From Mustelus asterias (Eukaryota): a stretch of DNA of 64,000 nt. The notes beneath the pieces are model-generated. The model worked only from the letters and a program-made list of their open reading frames with translations, was not told the DNA's origin and searched no databases. Positions within the stretch are counted from its first letter, which is position 1, and the number at the start of each line of letters is the position of its first letter. Location of the stretch: positions 48,856,001 to 48,920,000 of the forward strand of contig NC_135809.1 in NCBI RefSeq assembly GCF_964213995.1, given 5' to 3'. A program made the translations under genes and the position numbers. Positions 25,518-37,192 of the stretch are shown here, piece after piece.

Positions 25518-25860
25518 GGGGCGGCACGGTAGCACAGTGGTTAGCACTGCTGCTTCACAGCTCCAGGGTCCCGGGTTCGATTCCCGGCACGGGTCACTGT
25601 CTGTGTGGAGTTTGCACATTCTCCTCGTGTCTGCGTGGGTTTCCTCCGGGTGCTCCGGTTTCCTCCCACAGTCCAAAGATGTGCGGGTTAGGTTGATTGG
25701 CCAGGTTAAAAATTGCCCCTTAGAGTCCTGGGATGTGTAGGTTAGAGGGATTAGCGGGTAAAATATGTGGGGGTAGGGCCTGGGTGGGATTGTGGTCGGT
25801 GCAGACTCGATGGGCCGAATGGCCTCCTTCTGCACTGTAGGGTTTCTATGATTTCTTTCT
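25518..25860 (+). mobile_element. HE1-like tRNA-derived V-SINE with CR1-type tail (type A)
   Basis: A/B-box head GGCACGGTAGCACAGTGGTTAGCA...GGTTCGATTCC, V-core TGTGGAGTTTGCACATTCTCC, tail GGGCCGAATGGCCTCCTTCTGCACTGTAGGG.TTCTATG. Confidence 0.9.
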
Positions 25861-26056
25861 ATGAACATGCATAATTAGTTTTACAACTAATTAAATGCGA
25901 CCACTAAAACTAAGTGATTCAATTATATTTTGCTAACATATGTACTGAATTGTAAATACAAACGCTTCAGTTGGCCAACTCTACCTCCTGTTTCAGAAAC
26001 TGTATTAAGAATGAGTGACTTTTGGCTCATTATTTGTGGGAGAAAAAAGGAGACGT

Positions 26057-26775
26057 TTGATTTGATTTGGTTTATTTTTGTCACATGTACTGAGATACAG
26101 TGAAAAGTATTGTTTCCTGCTTGCTATACAGACAAAACATATCGCTCATAGAGAAGGGAAGGAAAGGGTGCAGAATGTAGTGTTACAGTCAGAGCTTGGG
26201 TGTAGATAAGGTAGGTCCATTCAAAAGTCTGATGGCAGCAGGGAAGAAGCTGTTCTTGAGTCGGTTGGTATGTGACCTCAGACTTTTGTATCTTTTTCTC
26301 GATGGAATTTGATTTGATTTATTATTGTCACATGTATTAGTATACAGTAAAAAGTATTGTTTCTTGCGCGCTATACAAAGCATACCGTTCGTAGAGAAGG
26401 AAAGGAGGGAGTGCCGAATGTAGTGTTACAGTCATTGCTAGGGTGTAGGAAAAGATCAACTTAATGCAAGGTAGGTCCATTCAAAAGTCTGATGGCAGCA
26501 GGGAAGAAGCTGTTCTTGAGTCGGTTGGTACGTGACCTCAGACCTTTGTATCTTTTTCCCGAAGGAAGAAGGTGGAAGAGAGAATGTCCGGGGTGCGTGG
26601 AGTCCTTAATTATGCTGGCTGCTTTGCTGAGGCAGCAGGAAGTGTAGACAGAGTCAATGGATGGGAGGCTGGTTTCCGTGATAGATTGGGCTACATTCAT
26701 GACCTTTTGTAGTTTCTTGCAGTCTTGGGCAGAGCAGGAGCCATAGCAAGCTGTGATACAACCAGAAAGAATGCT
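26057..26775 (-). mobile_element. Rex1/Babar-type LINE 3' fragment with tandem duplicated tail
   Basis: LPSGKRYKGLRSRTNRLKNSFFPAAIRLLN appears twice, each followed by an (AAATC)n tail. Confidence 0.85.
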
Positions 26776-28246
26776 TGAATGCCAGAAAGATGCAGTGGTC
26801 GGGAAGTTTTGTGGGTTTGAACTCAGTATTTGCAGTTTCCAAGAGGTCCTCTTTAAATTTCTAGGTTTCTTTTTCCCGGCTCGCAGACAGCCAGATTAAA
26901 ATATTTAAATATCGGGCCCATTTCTGGAGATGTGGATGCACTGAACGTGGGTTGGGCTCCAGCTTCCCTTTTTTGAATTTTAAACCATTCCCCTTGCCTG
27001 CTCATGGTGAAGGTTAAAAAAAATCTTCCTCATCACTCTTCCACATGACTGTCTGCTATTCCTACCATAACATGTAATACTTTGATTGAAAGCAGCTGTG
27101 CTTCCGGTTGCTCTCTCACTTCTATGAAAATAATAAAAGGTTCAATTTAGTGGATGTTCCTCACGGTAAAATAGTCGGTTGGATATTAGCATGGTATCAA
27201 TAAAAACTAACAGAAGGAAGGGAAAGGCCATAGTTGTCAGTGTAAATAATTTGAGTAACCTGGACAAACACAGTGAACCAAGGAAATCGGGAGTGTAGTG
27301 TCTTCATCCTAACAAGTGTATTCATAGATAAATAAATATATTAAAAAGGGCAAGTAAAGACTTAAAGTCTATCAAACCTGACCATTAACACAACTTTACA
27401 CCTTCTAGTTCCACAGTCCCTATTCATCTTAAATAAACCAACTCCACTAAATCTAATCACTTTGGCATTTTAAAACTTTAATCGTATCTGCTCTAAGCAT
27501 TTTTTAAAAATCCTTAGTAAATAAGCCAAACCCTTGAGGCTGATGTGCATCAGAGCGAGCCCAGAGGTTGGGTGTCGTTCTGGACATTCCTCTTTGCATC
27601 ATCTCCAAAGCTTTAAGATGCACACATTACCACTTTAGGTCTTGAGCATGTTTTGAGCAATGGGGGAAGAGCAAGTCTAAGAAGTCATTCGATGCAGGAT
27701 GAAAATGAAAATTGCTAGCTAAACCCCTCAATAACTCTCTTGAATCCTCAGCAGCACTCGCACAAAACTGGCCAGAAGCTGGGGAACAGAAAGAAATGCC
27801 TTATTTTTCCTGTTAAAAGCATTTTAAGATACTTCAGATGCAATGAATTCCATTGTCATAGACTGATGTAAGCAAACTGCTTTTTAGAGCGCAGCAAAAT
27901 CTCACCAACAGCCTGAAATGACTGAAGAATTAACCTGTCTCTGGTTGCTGATGTTGGCAAGGGAAGAATGTTGGCCAAGTCACTCATCTCAGAAAATGTA
28001 ATAAAATCTTTATAACCCAATAGATCTGGCAAAATAATATGAATGGGATTCAAGAGTTGACAATAAAGGAACATAAGTTATAAGTTTTATGTTTGGAACA
28101 AAAAAAGTTGAACAGTTGTGACTCAACATAAAGTGCTCACTGCAGACACAAGCTCGCAATTCTTATAAATCTTGGCTAATAATTTGAACTGTACTGAAAC
28201 TGAACAACTTAAAAACACTTAGCTACCAAATAAAATTTTACATTAC

Positions 28247-28366
28247 CTTCTGCCTTCTCATTTGATTGATCAGGAATAGCTGGCAAAGGGCTTTCTGAAC
28301 TTTGAGTGCCCTCTCCCACATCAATTTTGCTACACTCAATAATAATAAGTCCTTCTCTTGCCGTGT
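28247..28366 (-). CDS. IQUB: IQUB N-terminal exon (predicted; DTAREGLIIIECSKIDVG...NEKAE)
   Basis: First AG after a pyrimidine tract; donor GAAG|gtaatg. 120 nt, phase 1-1. Confidence 0.6.
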
Positions 28367-31300
28367 CTTTATTCGCATTCATTGGTTCAAATGAGTTCAA
28401 CAAGAATAAAAAGGGTCAAATGAAAATATTACTTAAAAATAAATGTTGACGAGATACATTTCTGTCAGGATACAGTAAATTCTGATAAACCTGGATCTCC
28501 ATTGAAAACTGATGTGATGTGGCAATGTCACAGATTAATGGGCTGATAGGCTAGTCTGCAAATCATTGATCCCACACTCCATGTTTACTGAGGCTTTTCA
28601 TCTTATTTGGGCTTCATTAATATTAGCCAAATTCAAACCAGGTGATTTTTTAAAAAACACAGGGAAGGAAGGAAAATCAAGGAATGATCTAAATGGTGCC
28701 ATTCTTACACACCACTTGGGAGATAATTTCGTGATAATATAGGTTGATGGTAATACATGACACCTGACAAGAGAATGGTAAATGAATTAAATGGAATTGC
28801 TAAACCACAAGGGAAGAAGATTTTGCGACACAGTGGGTAGTGTTCCTCAGAGCCAGAAGTTCCAAGTTTAAGGTCCACGCCAGGACGTGATGGCCAAGGA
28901 AGGTGCATTTCTAATGTGGTCAAACAGGGTTTAAGATGCTAACTTGCAAATCCTTCCAAACACACCAATAGCTGGTAGTAAGAGGGGAGAGATTCTTGGT
29001 CAGCCTGCTTGATGTGGAGTGGCGTCCTTCAAGTTACAAGCTTCTGATGGCAGACTAGAGACCTGTTCCAGGAATTACCAGCTATGGAAACAGATGCAAG
29101 TCTGCCTTAGTGTGCCACAAGGTGCGGGAAATGAATGGGAATGGAAAACACAAGGAAACATAAGTAAAGCATCCAAGGGTTTCACAACAGGAACATGCAG
29201 TGGTGTGGGGACACTGACTACACTTACTATTAAAGGTCCATAGATAATTTAATGAATCTAGAAAGATTACTTCACCACCATTATGGTTAAAAATATATAT
29301 CAAATAAATATACATCATTAATTGTTCAGCTTCAGGCAATCTGGCTAATAACTTATGAGGTTAGGCATCAGTAACACAGAGCTAGCAAAGATAATTCTTC
29401 TGGAAGCTGCTGCAAGTGTTAGAATCCTTCAAAATGGTTTGCATAATTCAGACACCATTTTTAATACTCTCTTGAGCACCATAAAACTTCTGGTATAGTT
29501 TATTTCTTTGTGTCTTGACAAGTGCACAGTCCTTGGGCCAGGAAAGCAGTGCATTCACCTTAATTAAGAATGGCTGACTGACTCGAATCTTAAACAGTTG
29601 GTCAAATAGTCTATTCAACACAATGTTCTGACTGGGTTGAAAGCAATCTGATACAGCAGTAACTCTTCAAAGGCTGTAGCATCAATATAATAGCAAAATT
29701 ATCTCTTAGTGTCAGGAAATCATTTGAGTTTCTGATATGAAAAATACAATGCTCACAATGGATTTGCATTTATTAACACATTTCGTGAACAAAAGGAAAT
29801 ATGCCCTGTTTGCCAGAGGATGGCAATTTTGTTTCCCTCACTTACCCACAGGATAACTAAAGTTGAAAAGTGTCAACACAAAGATCAATATTAATCAGGA
29901 CTGAATGCAGATGAAGAACTAGTTCGCCAGTTTCAGAACATCTGCCATGGTAAGGATACTGAGAATTTACCTGCACAAAGTTGATGACAGTTTCCTCTCA
30001 ACTTGTTGCATCCTTATCAAGGCCATGTAAAAAGCACCTTTTTCATTGTTCACATGCACCTTCACTCTTCAGCAAGGTGTACTTGTTAATTGCAAATTTG
30101 AATGGGAACTATTGGTACCTAAGCACCCGTACAGTTAAGCTCACAAAGGAACCTTTCATCAATATCTAGTGTCATGATGCAAGTTCATTTGCTCTTGCAC
30201 TCACTGGGATACATTTGGGACTCAGTTGAGTGGCACTTTCAGCACCTTATCACTACTTTTCTGCTTGTAGGACAAGGTAGCACAAAACAGGAGGGAGGAA
30301 GCCTGCAATGGCTATGGAACTTCAAACATTTAAGTTTATTCAAAACTAAATTTTTGGAAGAGCATGGGGATAGCAAAGCCAGAGGCTTCCCTCAAGCTCA
30401 AGGCTGGTAACTATCCTTTTCTTATTAAACACAAGTTTCTCAAGTGTCCAAAGGTGATCGTCAGGAATGACCAACAAAATTGAAGCAAGTTAGCACCTAT
30501 AGCAGCTTCCATCACCCACTTCACTTGTTGGCTTGATGACTCGAACTATGCTATTAAAAAATGGACACCTTGCATACAATAATCACAATATATACTGTTG
30601 CACGAACTGCAACATTGTATTTTGTATGAATTATTATACATTTCAAAGTTAAAACTAAAATTGACTTTGTGATGCCATAACGATTTTGCAGCACACTGGC
30701 ATAGAAGTGTTGACCATTATTTGTATAAATAATTATTAGTTGTCATAATTTATAATATTTGTGGATGACTGTGCACTTGCAAAATCATTGTGGCATGATG
30801 AAGCCAAAATATTTTAAAAGCTTAAAATGTACAATAACTCATGCAAAATGTAATTTTGCAGTTTATGCTACTGCATATATTGTGATTGGTCCCTCATTTC
30901 CTTGTGGCTTAATGACGTCAAAAACAAAAACTGATTTGCCCCAAATTTACCTTCATCTTTTAAGGAGTGGGCGATGGTTTTAAATTATTTCTACTGATAT
31001 TTGGAATGACTCCAACAAGGCTCAAGGTTGGGCTCTTGGAGTATGAGCTCCCTGATTGAGGGTAATGGTTGCCTGCCCAATCAGGGAGTCTCACCCTGAG
31101 GAGTGTCAGGTCCACTGGCATTCCTGATTTTGACTTTGTACCTGAAGCATCTAGGAGTGGAACAGAGATTGTAAATAAAGGGAATCTGCTGAAGGGACAC
31201 TGGCCTCTGAGGAGCTATTTCAATATTTTCCTGATGATGCTAATAAAATGATACACCCACCCCCAAAAATAAACAGGATTTTAAAATCAGCAATAAGAAG

Positions 31301-31463
31301 CAATTGAAAAGATTGTAAAATATATTGTACTCAATACAAAGACAATAGCATGTGCTCTTTGTTACTTAAATGTCACCAGTAATTTGAAAGATAATGAGCA
31401 ACCTGGAAATTGCATTTTTATAGACATGAACACCATGTTACATTGCGAAGATGTCAGCATTAC

Positions 31464-31574
31464 CTGGTGACAGTGCCTCTTGTGTTGCAACATCCTTTAC
31501 TCTCTCTGTTTCATCCATTGTGGCTTCAGCAGTTGGACCTTCCCTTACATCGTAGCCTACAGTTTCAGAATCTT
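31464..31574 (-). CDS. IQUB: IQUB N-terminal exon (predicted; EDSETVGYDVREGP...EALSP)
   Basis: gaacag|AAGATT...CCAG|gtaatg. 111 nt, phase 1-1, acidic. Confidence 0.6.
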
Positions 31575-31937
31575 CTGTTCCAAGTGAATGAGAACAATTA
31601 GATTGTAGTAAATATAGAATAAATGCTGGTTGTTGAAAGCCATTGAGATCAAACATAATCTAACTAAATAAAACCAGACTGATTGGCATGCTGAGTTGTT
31701 GAGCACCTTGTCACAGAAATTAAGAGGATTACATACTTCCCTATTGATTTGTCAGGTACCTTTGTGTCCACAAATCTCTCCATGCTGATTTGCCAATCAG
31801 ATTTCTCTCACATGAAATATGCTTGATTCACTTTTGTGCACATTTTACTTTGCAGCTGCATAAAGGAAGCAAGTCACCTCATTGCTATGTCATTTGAGAG
31901 ATAAGAGTGCCCACCCCTGTTCACCTCAACTCTTTGC

Positions 31938-32372
31938 TTGTCGTATGAGGAACGGTTGAGGACTCTGGGTCTGTACTTGTTGGAATTTAGAAGGATGAGG
32001 GGGGATCTTATTGAAACTTACAGGATACTGCGAGGCCTGGATAGAGCGAATGTGGAGAGGATGTTTCCACTAGTAGGAAAAACTAGAATCAGAGGGTACA
32101 ATCTCAGACTAAAGGGATGATCCTTTAAAACAAAGATGAGGAGGAATTTCTTAGCCAGAGAGTGGTCAATCTGTGGAACTCTTTGCCGCAGAAGGCTGTG
32201 GAGGCCAGTTCATTGAGTGCCTTTAAGACAGAGATAAATAGATTCTTGATTAATAAGGGGATCGGGGTTATGGGGAAAAGGCAGGAGAATGGGAATGAGA
32301 AAAATATCTGCCGTGATTGAATGGCGGAGCAGACTTGATGGCAGAGTGGCCTATTTCTGCTCCTGTGTCTTA
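31938..32372 (+). mobile_element. CR1 LINE 3' end
   Basis: SYEERLRTLGLYLLEFRRMRGDLIETY plus 3'UTR. Other CR1 pieces at ~3590-4710, 8600-8950, 38480-39830, 59800-60800 and 61808-62075. Confidence 0.88.
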
Positions 32373-33555
32373 TACCCCTCCTTACTGGTTCTTTCTAATC
32401 CCAGCCCCCTCTGCCCCTCCCATTATCCTGCTGGGAACTCCATTTACTTTGTAACCTGGAGGTAGGGGATAGAGGAGGTAGATTGTCTCACATCATCAAT
32501 CTAAAAGAAACCTATCATATAGGGGTTAGGGTGCAGTGGATTGACATGCACATACCCAGATTGACTCCTTTGCTGGTTTCCTTGCCAGCCTTCCCACCTA
32601 CAGCCTTCATAAATCTCAGCAAATCCAGAACAGCCCAGCTTGTGTCTCTTACTGCATTAACCCTATAAACCCTTCATTCTATGTCATCAATGGCAGTCTG
32701 CACCAAGATAATTTCAGAATCTTCTGCTCCACCAAGTTAATTTGGAAAAAAATCAGGATCCTTGCACAGTTATAGCTCTGCTGCCCTCAATCTGAAACTT
32801 TTCCAGCCATATATTCCTGTTAAATCCTCCTCTTTGATGTGTTAGGCTGTCCTCTGTACCTCTTTTCTATCAAAGGGCATTGCACTTTTAGTGATAATAT
32901 CTTTGCCCTCTAAGTGGATCCCAGTCAAACAATAGTATATTTCTTTTAGCAAAGAACTCAGAAATAATTCTCAACCAAAGTTACTCCCTCAGATAAGAAC
33001 TCAGCCTTTGAATTGGTGTTAGGAAAAAAAAAACCTATCCCTTCAAACATGACTGAAATATAGCGCAACCTCATCTCAGATAAAAATTATTGAATGATGG
33101 CAGTAAAATCAATTGACAATCAATTACACAGCTCCATTCAGTGTCATAGATTTGAGTCCACAATTCACACAAACTTCTCGTGGACCAACACATTAGGGAG
33201 GAAATAGTCGCAAGAGAGGCCTACAATCTGCCAAAAATAAGGTGAGCTACTTTGAGATGCATCTACCGCAGTTAGCTACTATGTAGTAAGGAAAATATCC
33301 TGCAAACAGCACACTTATCCAGTATCAAATGCGAGTAATGCAAGATATGTGGACTGCAAAAGGATGCAGTGGAAAAAAGTACAAAATGCTGAGAAAATAT
33401 TAATAATAACCATTTCCACGGCAATGCCACATATCTGCAATTAGTACCGATGTATCAACCCACAATCTTAAAATTGAAATGTCAGCAGTAATTTGAAAAG
33501 CAAAACTTTACTAGTTCATGAACAGTAGTTTTATTCTATTAACGAACAACAATAC

Positions 33556-33684
33556 CTGTTGGACCACCAGCAACATCCAGTGACACAGTTTCTGGTGAGA
33601 TTTTATTTGCTGATTCTTCATCATTCAGAGTAGTTACAGATACAGATGTTTCTCCCACATTATATTTTTCCAATTCAGAACTTT
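33556..33684 (-). CDS. IQUB: IQUB N-terminal exon (predicted; ESSELEKYNVGETSV...DVAGGPT)
   Basis: gaatag|AAAGTT...ACAG|gtattg. 129 nt, open in phase 1-1. Confidence 0.6.
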
Positions 33685-34509
33685 CTATTCCAGCAAATCG
33701 ATGCATTTATGTGGTCGCATTGGGCATGAAAAGGAAAAATAAAATTGGTTATCATACACACACATAGGGTGAAATTTATGACTTTTGAAATATATTTGGG
33801 AGAAAAATTGCCCATCCACATAAGAACAAAAAGTTTACTTGTATACTTGGATTGTGTACATACTGTTGGTGGAGTGGCAATATATTATTTATATTTACAT
33901 ACATATGTGTGTGTTCAAATTCACTATAATGTCAAATTTCTTATCTCAGGATGAATGTAAAGAAATTTAATATAAATATAGCTGCTAGAACATTAAGAGG
34001 TAGACCAATAATCTCCTGGTGCTGAAATTCAACGGTTCTACAAAAATTGGACTATGGTGTGAGAATTTTCATGCGACATTTCAATATCACATTTAGGGAT
34101 TCCACAGTTTTTGAACTTGATATCCCTAGAGTTCATTATCAAAAATCACTAATGATCCAAAGTGTTCTTTTGTTCTGCATAATATGTAGTTAAACAATTG
34201 CATGGTTCACAGAACAAAACAAAGAATGCTTACTTTGGAACACTGGCTACTAAAATATGACACATGCCAGCATATAAATTCTTCCTTCTTTATAGATGTG
34301 GATTTTATACAAACTCTATTGAGATGAGGCATAACATTTGGAACCATGTCTAATTAATGTAAAATACAGAAAAATTATCTGTTTTACAGTTTTCAAAGTG
34401 AGAACATAAATATTCTTACACATCTTGATTTATTAAAACTATAAAAATATAATTTTCTTTCTCTTTAAACATATTAAATGCTCTTAGGACAAAAGACCAA
34501 TCATTCTAC

Positions 34510-34548
34510 CTTGATCTTTTGGTGCTATGTTTGCCCTGGCTTTTTCTG
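34510..34548 (-). CDS. IQUB: IQUB N-terminal micro-exon (predicted; AEKARANIAPKDQ)
   Basis: Pyrimidine tract, CAGCAG acceptor, donor CAAG|gtagaa. 39 nt (36 with the distal NAG), phase 1-1. The upstream AG at 34554 would give an in-frame stop. Confidence 0.45.
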
Positions 34549-35637
34549 CTGGTCTTAAAATTACAAAAAATAAACACAGGAAGACTAATTTTGTAAAATC
34601 TTCCCTTAAATCTATGAGGGGGAGACTTTGTCCACTGGCCTTTCAATCAAAGTGGATTCCAGTCAACCAACATTACAGTTCTTTTAGCAAAGAATTCAGA
34701 AATAATTCTCAACCAAAGTTATTCCCTCAGATAAGAATCCAGCCTTTGAACTGGTGTCAGGAAGCTCCCAAATGTTTGCTTAGCTAAGCCCTGTACTGTG
34801 CCAATGAGATAGATTGACATGCTGGACTATCGATTATTGCTAGAAGCCATCATTCCGTCCACCTAATGTCACTAAAAACAGCAACTCAGAAACTTGCCCA
34901 ATTGTAATAAAACAAGGTTCTACTTTTCTCACATAGCTTTCCTTTGTGGATCTCGTGTACCTCCTAGAGGATGAGAAATGGTATATTTGCTTCTGTCCTG
35001 AGTCAGGGAATGATATATTGCATCAAATGGCCAAAAGGAGAGTGAGGAGAAATTACTTGAGAAATAAAAATGAAGGTTCATATCAATTAAGAAAAAGAAT
35101 CTGTCACTACTCCAAAACAATACTTGTGGACACATTAGCACTTATATTATTAATATTCTATCTGGTGGCATGAAGCTAAATAAATTGGTAGTTTTCTATT
35201 GTTGCGCACTGAATTAAATTCCTTTTGCATTCTTTTCTGAGCAGAAGGGTACATGTTTTCACCTATGATTTGCTAAGCTATCGATGGGTAAAGGTGCAAT
35301 GTGTCGCAGTCAATTGTTCCCACAGGTTCATTATTAAAGAGGAAAAGAATAGGAAAGTAAAAAACTTAGCGAATGATCTGCAGGTTGCATTATGTAGAAA
35401 TGTAGGAACATAAGCAGCACATTTTGCTTTGTCAAATTTGTTAAGTTTTGGAAGATCTATCCTTTTAATCCCATCTGCAAACCCATTTCCATTTTTCAAG
35501 TATCTATCTCACTTTTAAACACTTGAATTGATTCCGCGCAGCAGTGAAATAAAATACTTTATCTATCCTAAAAAAAACAGTGAGCTTTAAGTAATAAGTA
35601 AAAGTTAAGTTTTAAGATATTTTATAGTCATTTTTAC

Positions 35638-35824
35638 CTGAAGGCGACTTAACAATATAATACTTCATTGATCCTGTATCGGCTATTCCATCTGCTGGCT
35701 CTTCAGGAGGATGCTCTTCTGTCACTTCATGAGCTTCTGTGGTTTGATCAGATGGGTGCTCCTCTTTCTCAGATGCATCACTTTGTTCTTTAGTTTCCTG
35801 GGTGTTGCTTTCATTTTCGTCCAT
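35638..35824 (-). CDS. IQUB: IQUB first coding exon (predicted; MDENESNTQETKEQ...IVKSPS)
   Basis: Acceptor ttttatgcag|ACAA-ATG (exon edge 35828). Donor TCAG|gtaaaa. 187 nt, ends phase 1. Acidic low-complexity N-terminus; the phase chain runs in frame into the conserved IQUB exons. Confidence 0.7.
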
Positions 35825-36446
35825 TTGTCTGCATAAAATAGGTTAAATCCTTAAGACAACCCTTAAATATTGAGTGCAACCCCATTTTATTTTATTCACT
35901 CAGAGTGTGGACATTTCTGTTTACCCACTCTTAATTGCTTTTCAGGAACTGATGGTGAGTCAGCTTCTTTAACCGCTGTACTTTCTGTGGCAAAGATACA
36001 CCCACAGTCCTATCAGGGATGAAGCTCCAGAAGTTTGATCCAGTTACAGTGAAGTATCACTAATATATTTCCAAGTTAGGATGGTGTGTGAGTTGGAGGT
36101 GAACCTGCAGGTGGTGGTGTTCCCATGTGCCTTTTGACTTTGTTCTTCCAAGTGGTAGAGGTTGCAGGTTTGGAATGTCCTGTCGAAGAAGCTTGGCAAG
36201 TTACAATGACGCATCTGAAAGATTTACACACTGCAGCCATAGTGCGTCAATGGTAGAGGGAAGTGAGTGTTTAAGTTGGTGGATGGGGTACTGATCAAGT
36301 GATATACTTTGTTCTGGATGGTGTCAAGCCTTGCTAGTTTTATTGGAGCTGCACTCACCCAGGCAAAGGAGAGTATTTCACCTTAACCCTGATTTGGAAT
36401 AAACGTGTCAATTCACCTAATGGTACAATACTTTTAAAATGTAGAA

Positions 36447-37192
36447 ACCAGGAATGAGATAGAGAATCTGGTGAACTGGTGCGGCAACAATAATCTCTCC
36501 CTCAATGTCAACAAAACAAAGGAGATTGTCATTGACTTCAGGAAGCGTAAAGGAGAACATGCCCCTGTCTACATCAATGGGGACGAAGTAGAAAGGGTCA
36601 AGAGCTTCAAGTTTTTAAGTGTCCAGATCGCCAATAATCTGTCCTGGTCCCCCCATGCTGACACTATAGTTAAGAAAGCCCACCAACGCCTCTACTTTCT
36701 GAGGAGACTAAGGAAATTTGGCATGTCAGCTACGACTCTCACCAACTTTTACAGATGCATCATAGAAAGCATTCTTTCTCATTGTATCACAGCTTCATAT
36801 GGCTCCTGCTCTGCCCAAGACCGCAAGGAACTGCGAAAGGTCGTGAATGTAGCCCAATCCATCATGCAAACCAGCCTCCCATCCATTGACTCTATCTATA
36901 CTTCCTGTTGCCTCGGCAAAGCAGCCAGCATAATTAAGGACCCCATGCCCCCCCGACATTCTCTCTTCCACCTTCTTCCTTCGGGAAAAAGATACAAATG
37001 TCTGAGGTGGACATTTTGAATGGACTTACCTTGCATTAAGTTGATCTTTCTCTACACCCCAGCTATGACTGTAACACTACATTCTGCACTCTCTCATTTC
37101 CTTCTCTATGAATGGTAGGTTTTGTCTGTATAGCGCGCAAGAAACAATACTTTTCACTGCTTGTTAATACATGTGACAATAATAAATCAAAT
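36447..37192 (+). mobile_element. Rex1/Babar-type LINE 3' fragment
   Basis: WCGNNNLSLNVNKTKEIVIDFRK ORF (36471-37019) and matching tail. Confidence 0.88.

Noticed and set aside
25518-25600. tRNA-like A/B box sequences
   Set aside because: These are SINE heads, not tRNA genes; they run on into the V-core and LINE-derived tail.
29971-30012. Possible extra 42-nt phase-1 IQUB exon (GCNKLRGNCHQLCA)
   Set aside because: Good donor and frame, but weak acceptor and composition unlike the neighbouring exons; needs RNA evidence.
34951-34987. Possible IQUB exon with AG/GT sites
   Set aside because: 37 nt breaks the frame; the alternative acceptor hits a stop.
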